Assembly (NCBI RefSeq): GCF_001735745.1
Contig: NZ_CP017260.1
Span: 1,560,001-1,592,000 of the forward strand
Length of the DNA: 32,000 bases
Reading direction: 5' to 3'
Source of the DNA: Formosa sp. Hel1_33_131
GTDB taxonomy: Bacteria > Bacteroidota > Bacteroidia > Flavobacteriales > Flavobacteriaceae
The notes under the pieces were generated by a model, which was given only the letters and a program-made list of their open reading frames with translations, was not told the DNA's origin and did not search any database. Below, piece after piece: positions 1 through 6,332 of this stretch. Each line of letters begins with the position of its first letter. The stretch's first letter is position 1. Made by a program: the position numbers and the translations under genes.

Positions 1-80
1 CTGTCCCCTTCTTACTTTTTAATAAATCGCAATATCTTCACATTTATAGCATTTTCACATCTCATATTCCTGAAAAATCG

Positions 81-88
81 TATTTTTG
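81..88 (+). promoter_or_regulatory. Candidate Bacteroidota -7 promoter box (TATTTTTG) upstream of sucA
   Basis: Matches TAnnTTTG about 40 nt upstream of the sucA ATG. No clean TTTG -33 element at the expected spacing (TTTC-like only). Confidence 0.3.
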
Positions 89-127
89 GGCTATATTTTT
101 CTAAAGAAAAAATAGAATTATTAATTC

Positions 128-2896
128 ATGGATAAGTATTCTTTTTTAAACGCCGCCCATACCGCTTATTTTGCGGATTTATACGAACAATATCAACAAG
201 ACCCAGACAGCGTTGAGCCAAGCTGGAAAGCTTTCTTTCAAGGCTATGATTTTGGAAGCGACAGCAGTGAAGCTTCTGACGAAATTGTGGAGGGGGTTAA
301 CACACAAATCCCAGAGCATGTACAAAAAGAGTTTCAGGTTGTAAAACTCATTGATGATTACCGTACTCGTGGGCATTTATTTACCAAAACCAATCCTGTT
401 AGAGACCGAAGACAATACACACCTTCTCTGGAAATTAGCAACTTTGGGCTGTCATCAGCAGATTTAGATACGGTTTTTAATGCAGGTGATATTATTGGGA
501 TTGGTCCTCAAAGTTTACGTGAAATTCAAAAGCATCTGGAGGCTATTTATTGCGATGCGATTGGGGTAGAATACATGTACATCCGCCGACCGAATGAGCG
601 TCAATGGATTCAAGATAAATTGAACAGTAACGATAATCAGGGTAATTTTACTGCTGATCAAAAAAAACATATCCTCAAAAAACTAAATGAAGCTGTTTCG
701 TTTGAAACCTTTTTGCACACAAAATATGTCGGTCAAAAACGATTTTCATTAGAAGGAAATGAATCATTAATTCCTGCCATTGATGCGCTTATTGAAAAAG
801 CCGCTGCTTATGGCGTCAAAGAATTTGTCATGGGAATGGCCCACAGGGGTCGTTTGAGTACGCTGACCAATATTTTCGGAAAATCGGCCAGTGATATTTT
901 TAGCGAATTTGATGGAAAAGATTATGAAGAAGAAGTATTTGATGGCGATGTAAAATACCATCTTGGTTGGACGAGTGACCGTTTGACAGATAATGGCAAT
1001 CGAATTAATTTGAGTATTGCACCCAACCCTTCGCACCTCGAAACAGTCGGTGCAGTTGTTGAAGGGATTACAAGAGCAAAACAAGACAAACTGAAATCCG
1101 AAGATGCGAGCAAAGTGTTGCCAATTGTGGTACACGGTGATGCCGCCATCGCAGGACAAGGACTCGTTTATGAAGTGGTTCAAATGGCACAGCTAGACGG
1201 TTATAAAACCAATGGAACCATTCACATAGTGGTGAATAATCAAATTGGATTTACCACAAATTACCTCGATGCACGTTCGTCCACTTATTGTACCGACGTT
1301 GCAAAAGTGACACTGTCGCCAGTATTGCATGTCAATGCCGATGATGCTGAAGCCGTGGTACACTCCATTTTATTCGCCTTAGATTTCAGAATGCAGTTTA
1401 AGCGTGATGTGTTTATCGATTTGTTAGGCTATCGAAAATATGGTCATAACGAAGGAGATGAACCGCGTTTTACACAGCCAAAACTGTATAAAGCCATTGC
1501 CAGCCATGACAATCCGCGCAATATATATGCACAAAAACTAATGGATGAAGGCATTATTGATTCCAATTATGTTTCAAAACTTGAGCAAGACTATAAGGCT
1601 TCTTTAGAAACGGAATTAAAAACGTCCAGAAAAGAAGATAAAACTGTCATCACGCCATTTATGCAAGAGGCTTGGGAGAATTTCCCGAGAGCTAAGGCAA
1701 ATAAAATGCGAGCCACGGTAGATACCACCTACCCAAAAGAAAAACTAGCTTCAATTGCGAAAATCATATCCTCGCTTCCTGAAGATAAAAAATTTATACG
1801 CAAGATTTCTCGTTTGATCGAAGCTCGAAAACAAATGTTTGAAGGGGATAAACTGGATTGGTCCATGGCCGAACATTTAGCTTATGGATCTCTTTTAGAA
1901 GAAGGGTTTGATGTGCGTATTTCAGGACAAGATGTAGAACGAGGAACCTTCTCTCACCGCCATGCAGTGGTAAAAGTTGAAGACAGTGAAGAAGAAGTTG
2001 TTCTTCTCAAAAACATAAGTCCAAACCAAGGACAGTTTAATATTTACAACTCCTTATTATCCGAATACGGAGTGGTAGGATTTGATTATGGCTATGCCAT
2101 GGCAAGTCCAAACACCCTTACAATTTGGGAAGCTCAATTTGGAGACTTCAGTAATGGCGCTCAAATCATGATTGATCAATACATTTCATGTGGAGAAGAT
2201 AAATGGAAAACACCCAATGGCATCGTCCTGTTATTACCGCATGGTTACGAAGGACAAGGGGCGGAGCATTCTTCGGGCCGTATGGAGCGTTACCTCCAGC
2301 TTTGTGGAAAAGACAATATGTTTATTGCCGATTGTACCACGCCGGCAAATATGTATCATTTATTAAGACGTCAACTAAAAGCAGATTTCAGAAAGCCTTT
2401 AATTGTATTCACTCCAAAAAGTTTATTGCGCCATCCAAAAGTAGTTTCTACGGTTGATGAATTTGCAAACGGAAGTTTTCAAATGTTGATTGATGACAAG
2501 TTATCACAGGCTGAAACCATTAAAACATTGGTTTTTGTCACCGGTAAATTCTATTATGATTTACTAGAAGCGCAAGAAAATTTAGGAAGAACTGATGTTG
2601 CCTTGGTACGTGTAGAACAATTATTCCCACTTCCAGAGGATGAAATGGAGGTATTGATTTCAAAATACAAAAATGCAGATGATATCGTCTGGGCACAAGA
2701 AGAACCAAGGAATATGGGCGCTTATGCACACATATTAATGCATATAGAAGATGCTAGAAATTGGCGTGTGGCTTCAAGACGAAGTTACAGCGCACCTGCG
2801 GCTGGAAGTTCCACCCGTTCCAAAAAAAGACATCAAGAAGTAATCGATTTTGTTTTTGATAAAACAAAAGATAATCAAAGAAGAAAACTAAAATAA
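128..2896 (+). CDS. sucA: 2-oxoglutarate dehydrogenase E1 component
   Basis: 922-aa ORF with a typical E1o N-terminus ([18 protein letters not shown]), a ThDP-region motif ([10 protein letters not shown]) and [12 protein letters not shown]. The E2o gene follows 7 nt later. Confidence 0.95.
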   Translation: MDKYSFLNAAHTAYFADLYEQYQQDPDSVEPSWKAFFQGYDFGSDSSEASDEIVEGVNTQIPEHVQKEFQVVKLIDDYRTRGHLFTKTNPVRDRRQYTPSLEISNFGLSSADLDTVFNAGDIIGIGPQSLREIQKHLEAIYCDAIGVEYMYIRRPNERQWIQDKLNSNDNQGNFTADQKKHILKKLNEAVSFETFLHTKYVGQKRFSLEGNESLIPAIDALIEKAAAYGVKEFVMGMAHRGRLSTLTNIFGKSASDIFSEFDGKDYEEEVFDGDVKYHLGWTSDRLTDNGNRINLSIAPNPSHLETVGAVVEGITRAKQDKLKSEDASKVLPIVVHGDAAIAGQGLVYEVVQMAQLDGYKTNGTIHIVVNNQIGFTTNYLDARSSTYCTDVAKVTLSPVLHVNADDAEAVVHSILFALDFRMQFKRDVFIDLLGYRKYGHNEGDEPRFTQPKLYKAIASHDNPRNIYAQKLMDEGIIDSNYVSKLEQDYKASLETELKTSRKEDKTVITPFMQEAWENFPRAKANKMRATVDTTYPKEKLASIAKIISSLPEDKKFIRKISRLIEARKQMFEGDKLDWSMAEHLAYGSLLEEGFDVRISGQDVERGTFSHRHAVVKVEDSEEEVVLLKNISPNQGQFNIYNSLLSEYGVVGFDYGYAMASPNTLTIWEAQFGDFSNGAQIMIDQYISCGEDKWKTPNGIVLLLPHGYEGQGAEHSSGRMERYLQLCGKDNMFIADCTTPANMYHLLRRQLKADFRKPLIVFTPKSLLRHPKVVSTVDEFANGSFQMLIDDKLSQAETIKTLVFVTGKFYYDLLEAQENLGRTDVALVRVEQLFPLPEDEMEVLISKYKNADDIVWAQEEPRNMGAYAHILMHIEDARNWRVASRRSYSAPAAGSSTRSKKRHQEVIDFVFDKTKDNQRRKLK

Positions 2897-2903
2897 ACAC
2901 ACA

Positions 2904-4115
2904 ATGATTTTAGAAATGAAAGTGCCTTCACCAGGCGAATCAATCACAGAAGTAGAAATTGCAGAATGGTTAGTTCAAGAAGGCGATTATGTAGAAAAAG
3001 ATCAAGCCATTGCAGAAGTGGACAGCGATAAAGCAACTTTAGAGTTGCCAGCAGAAGCGAGCGGAACCATTTCTTTAAAAGCAGAAGTAGGCGATGCTGT
3101 GGACGTTGGAGCCGTTGTTTGTCTCATTGATACAAGCGCTGCAAAACCAGAAGGTGATGCCGCTCCCAAAGCGACAGTAGCCACGCCAGAAGTTGTTGCA
3201 ACACCAAAAGTTGAAACGCCGGCGAACACTACCTATGCTACAGGATCAGCGAGCCCTGCAGCTAAAAAAATACTTTCCGAAAAAGGTATTGAAGCCACTG
3301 CAATTGCAGGCACCGGAAAAGACGGACGCATTACGAAAGAAGATGCGGTCAAGGCCGTTCCAGCGATGGGAGAACAGACGAATGTAGAAGGGCGTGGTGT
3401 GTCACGGTCTAAACTGTCTATGTTGCGTCGAAAAGTAGCAGAACGTTTGGTGGCTGTCAAAAATGAAACTGCAATGCTAACGACCTTTAACGAAGTTGAC
3501 ATGTCTCCAATTTTCGAATTGAGAAAACAATACAAAGAAACCTTTAAAGAAAAGCACGGGGTAGGACTTGGGTTTATGAGTTTCTTTACGCTCGCCGTGG
3601 TGCGTGCATTAAAATTATTTCCTTCGGTCAATTCTATGATCGATGGAAAAGAAATGATTTCCTATGATTTCTGTGATATCAGTATCGCCGTTTCAGGGCC
3701 TAAAGGACTTATGGTGCCCGTCATAAGAAACGCTGAAGATTTATCTTTTAGAGGCGTAGAATCGGAAGTAAAGCGCTTGGCAATTCTTGCGCGTGATGGA
3801 CAAATTACAGTGGATGAAATGACAGGCGGAACTTTTACAATTACCAATGGTGGGGTATTTGGAAGTATGCTTTCAACACCGATTATCAACCCGCCTCAAA
3901 GTGCCATTCTTGGAATGCACAATATTGTAGAACGTCCAGTAGCCATTAATGGAGAGGTCGTCATTCGTCCGATTATGTACGTTGCGCTATCTTATGACCA
4001 TAGAATCATTGACGGAAGAGAATCGGTTGGATTCCTTGTAGCGGTGAAAGAAGCCCTCGAAAATCCACAAGAATTTTTGATGGATGCCGATGTTAAAAAG
4101 GCGTTAGAGCTTTAA
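2904..4115 (+). CDS. sucB: Dihydrolipoyllysine-residue succinyltransferase (2-oxoglutarate dehydrogenase E2)
   Basis: Lipoyl domain with the DKATLELPA lipoyl-lysine motif, an Ala/Pro linker, a peripheral subunit-binding segment ([13 protein letters not shown]...[13 protein letters not shown]) and the catalytic DHRIIDGRE motif. Confidence 0.95.
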   Translation: MILEMKVPSPGESITEVEIAEWLVQEGDYVEKDQAIAEVDSDKATLELPAEASGTISLKAEVGDAVDVGAVVCLIDTSAAKPEGDAAPKATVATPEVVATPKVETPANTTYATGSASPAAKKILSEKGIEATAIAGTGKDGRITKEDAVKAVPAMGEQTNVEGRGVSRSKLSMLRRKVAERLVAVKNETAMLTTFNEVDMSPIFELRKQYKETFKEKHGVGLGFMSFFTLAVVRALKLFPSVNSMIDGKEMISYDFCDISIAVSGPKGLMVPVIRNAEDLSFRGVESEVKRLAILARDGQITVDEMTGGTFTITNGGVFGSMLSTPIINPPQSAILGMHNIVERPVAINGEVVIRPIMYVALSYDHRIIDGRESVGFLVAVKEALENPQEFLMDADVKKALEL

Positions 4116-4176
4116 TATATATTTTTTTTAGGTTCCGCGAAATCGGGAGACTTTGTGGAGTTGGGTGATTCAACTT

Positions 4177-4710
4177 TTAATCATCTGGTCTTTCAGGAAT
4201 GTAAACCACATCAATTTCTATTTCATTTTCATAGGATACTATAATTGAACACAATACAGAAACACTTTTTCCATTGTGAATAGCAGGTTTCATCACAGGT
4301 ATTTTTCTAAGCACTCTCAAAATTTCTGCTTGAATGGTGACCTCTGAATTTCTAACTTTCAAACCGGTCAAATTCCCGTTTTCGTTGATTATAAAAAAAG
4401 CTTCTACCTGCTTTGGATCTGAAAGATTTAAATCTTTAGAGACACTCAAATTAAACTCCCGCTTTATAAATGTCGATACTTTAGTATTAAAACATTTCAT
4501 TGTTTCTTCTACAGAAAGTTCCTCACAACCATTATAGACAGGCGCGATTTCTGCATCTTTTAAGATCATCCTCTTACCAGGGGGATAATTTGCTAAACCG
4601 TCATCATGTGACATAATGCTGCATAAACTTAACATTGCCTGTTCTTCTTCTTTAGTCATATTTCCTTGCGCCATCACCTGTTCTTGTACAGCATTGATTT
4701 TCATGATCAA
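4177..4710 (-). CDS. TonB C-terminal-like domain protein, probably a lipoprotein; 5' end unresolved (see finding)
   Basis: The C-terminal half resembles the flavobacterial PVFPGCE-type TonB-C fold (APVYNGCEELSVEETMKCFNTKVSTFIKREFN ... AFFIINENGNLTGLKV ... AEILRVLRKIPVMKPAIHNGKSVSV). The same frame is open upstream to 4848 and encodes a lipoprotein signal (KKKRFKNLVVISILSISFLCVSC) with no canonical start codon. Confidence 0.6.
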   Translation of the reverse strand: MIMKINAVQEQVMAQGNMTKEEEQAMLSLCSIMSHDDGLANYPPGKRMILKDAEIAPVYNGCEELSVEETMKCFNTKVSTFIKREFNLSVSKDLNLSDPKQVEAFFIINENGNLTGLKVRNSEVTIQAEILRVLRKIPVMKPAIHNGKSVSVLCSIIVSYENEIEIDVVYIPERPDD

Positions 4711-4793
4711 TTCACTTTCTGTGTTTTTTGAAGGGTCAGATGTTTCTTTGCAAGAAACACATAAGAAACTAATAGAGAGGATTGAAATAACTA

Positions 4794-5060
4794 CTAAGTT
4801 TTTAAACCTTTTTTTCTTTTCAAATTGAATTTCATAAGTTTTGATTTTTTAATTTGCTTTAAGTCCTTAGCTGGCGCAAGCGTCTCGCTTGTGCCTACAA
4901 ACAAACTCAAACAATTCTTGTATTTTTCATTCATTTTCTTCACGTTTTCTTTTGCATACTGGGCACGAGCAAAAGATGCTCGCGCTAGCGGGGACATATC
5001 AGCCCAAATTTGATTACATTTTTTTAAATTAGAAAGATTAATTTTTGTTATTGTGTTCAT
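4794..5060 (-). CDS. Hypothetical 88-aa ORF; possibly the displaced 5' part of the downstream TonB-C-like gene
   Basis: ATG preceded by an A-rich leader. The frame ends in MKFNLKRKKGLKT* just after an A7 tract, and one extra A would fuse it to the downstream frame. The N-terminal CNQIWADMSP loosely recalls the start of a Cys-rich N-terminal motif seen on some flavobacterial TonB-C-like proteins, but the second Cys pair is absent. Confidence 0.3.
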   Translation of the reverse strand: MNTITKINLSNLKKCNQIWADMSPLARASFARAQYAKENVKKMNEKYKNCLSLFVGTSETLAPAKDLKQIKKSKLMKFNLKRKKGLKT

Positions 5061-5087
5061 TTTTTTTCTAATGTGCTACAACGTTTA

Positions 5088-5133
5088 GTATAACAAGCGT
5101 AGCCTGCCGATAGGCGGCTATGATTTGTTATAC
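5088..5133. repeat. Intergenic nested inverted repeat (REP-like hairpin) downstream of the VOC gene
   Basis: 9-bp perfect outer arms, GTATAACAA (5088-5096) and TTGTTATAC (5125-5133), enclose a GC-rich core CCTGCCGATAGGCGG (5103-5117). Confidence 0.6.
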
Positions 5134-5154
5134 AGTGTTGTATGGCGTTATTAT

Positions 5155-5610
5155 TTATTTGTTTTCTAATTCTAACCACTTTTCATAGGTTATGATTCCA
5201 TTATCAGGCTTTCCTTTTCCATCCAAAACCCCAATATATTCAAGTGAATGTCCGTCTGGGTCTTCAAAATATATCGATATTGCAGGCATCCAAGCAAAAA
5301 CCATTGGTCTTTCAGTTCCATCATTTAGGAAATTCCGACACTTAATATTCCGTTTCTTTAAATAATCAACAGATTCATTCAGCACCCAATTAGGCTCACA
5401 TTCAAAAGCAAAATGTCTAATGTCAATTTCCTCTTTGGGCTTTTCCCAAATTCCTAACATAAATTGCTTAGGTTTTCCAATCCAAAAAAATGCGGCTCGT
5501 CTTTCTTCTTCATAATGGCATTGTTCTAATTCCATTTTTATTGAATAAAAATCAATTGAACGTTCAAGATTTTCTACAAATAAATGCGTTTCATAAAGTC
5601 CTTTAATCAT
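5155..5610 (-). CDS. VOC (glyoxalase/bleomycin-resistance/dioxygenase fold) family protein
   Basis: 151 aa. The N-terminal LYETHLFVENLERSIDFY pattern and the C-terminal FEDPDGHSLEY pattern are typical of VOC beta-alpha-beta-beta-beta modules. Confidence 0.75.
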   Translation of the reverse strand: MIKGLYETHLFVENLERSIDFYSIKMELEQCHYEEERRAAFFWIGKPKQFMLGIWEKPKEEIDIRHFAFECEPNWVLNESVDYLKKRNIKCRNFLNDGTERPMVFAWMPAISIYFEDPDGHSLEYIGVLDGKGKPDNGIITYEKWLELENK

Positions 5611-5614
5611 AGTC

Positions 5615-5914
5615 TTATTTTAATAAATCTTCGGTCAATTCTAGTTCATAAAGTTTTTCAACTTTTTCGCAGGCATCTCTCATTCGTTTTCTAACCTCTA
5701 ATGCTTCTTCAGGTAATTTAGAATCTGTATTATGCAATGTTTCCTTATCAGGCCATTGAGCGTAAGCTATAAAATTTAAACCATCTTCTTTATGCAACCT
5801 TGAGCCTAAACTATTTTCGTATTCATAAATGAACTTGGTCAATTGCTTCCAATTTTCCACAAACACTTTTTCTTGGTTAGGTTTTACTTTAAACTTTATA
5901 ATTACTGCTATCAT
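5615..5914 (-). CDS. Antibiotic-biosynthesis-monooxygenase (ABM) domain-like protein
   Basis: 99 aa, ferredoxin-like ABM pattern (IAVIIKFKVKPNQEKVFVENWKQ ... FIAYAQWPDKETL). It lies 4 nt upstream of the VOC gene, so the two are likely co-transcribed. Confidence 0.65.
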   Translation of the reverse strand: MIAVIIKFKVKPNQEKVFVENWKQLTKFIYEYENSLGSRLHKEDGLNFIAYAQWPDKETLHNTDSKLPEEALEVRKRMRDACEKVEKLYELELTEDLLK

Positions 5915-5993
5915 TTTTCGTTTCCTTCAATGCCATACAACTAGTGTGTATATATCCTTTAGGTGTGCATATTTCCATTATATTAAGTGCTTT

Positions 5994-6032
5994 GTTCAAC
6001 AATACATCCCAAATTGGCGTGTATTGTTGAAC
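5994..6032. repeat. Perfect 13-bp inverted repeat with a 13-nt spacer
   Basis: GTTCAACAATACA (5994-6006) and TGTATTGTTGAAC (6020-6032). It is followed on the + strand by T-rich TTTCTATTTTAT and lies about 80-120 nt upstream of the ABM gene start. Confidence 0.7.
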
Positions 6033-6209
6033 TTTCTATTTTATAAAATAATATCTAAAACTTCGGTTAAATTACTTATTGAAGATTTAGATCTGGGGGG
6101 TTAAATCAAGGTTAAACTTACTAAAATAAATGGAATGTTTCGAGAAAAACTGAAATTTTAACATTTTAGAGTCAAACAGAACGAGACTGTTTGAAAGGTA
6201 AACAAAGCT

Positions 6210-6254
6210 GTCATTCTGAACCTGTCTGCCGACAGGCAGGTTTATTTCAGAATC
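6210..6254. repeat. REP-like nested hairpin element
   Basis: Outer arms ATTCTGAA (6213-6220) and TTCAGAAT (6246-6253) enclose an inner 8-bp stem, CCTGTCTG/CAGGCAGG (6221-6240, one G-U pair). The core CTGCCGACAGGCAGG resembles the core at 5103-5117. Confidence 0.6.
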
Positions 6255-6282
6255 TTTTAGTATTGAAAACCAGTATGTATGA

Positions 6283-6307
6283 GAAGCTGAAACAAGTTCA
6301 GCTTGAC
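6283..6307. repeat. REP-like hairpin just downstream of the polA stop (possible polA terminator structure)
   Basis: 8-bp arms AAGCTGAA (6284-6291) and TTCAGCTT (6297-6304) with loop ACAAG. It has the same GTCAnnCTGAA...TTCAGnnTC frame as the 6210-6254 element, in opposite orientation. No T-run follows on the minus strand. Confidence 0.55.
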
Positions 6308-6332
6308 AATAATACGCCTTAAAACTATAAAT

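Noticed and set aside
767-1183. Antisense and alternative-frame ORFs inside sucA and sucB (179..376, 767..1183, 922..1149, 2172..2457, 2538..2729, 3002..3889 and others)
   Set aside because: They lie entirely within strongly supported long genes, have no recognisable motifs and show odd composition. They are typical six-frame noise.
4809-4815. Programmed -1 ribosomal frameshift on the A-run (dnaX-like) as the primary explanation of the frame break
   Set aside because: It is not excluded, but no obvious downstream stimulatory stem-loop or upstream SD-like stimulator was seen. A homopolymer indel or sequencing error is the simpler explanation, so this is kept only as an alternative inside the finding.
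5829-6104. 91-aa + strand ORF spanning the ABM gene start and the repeat-rich spacer
   Set aside because: It overlaps the ABM CDS in antisense and runs through the 13-bp inverted repeat and the GGTTAAA repeats. The product is Cys/Phe-rich junk-like sequence with no start context, so it is probably not coding.
4177-6332. Possible genomic island or mobile element between sucB and polA
   Set aside because: No integrase, transposase, tRNA-adjacent att site or terminal inverted repeats bracket the stretch. Only small hairpin repeats are present. It is treated as a small variable spacer region, not a mobile element.
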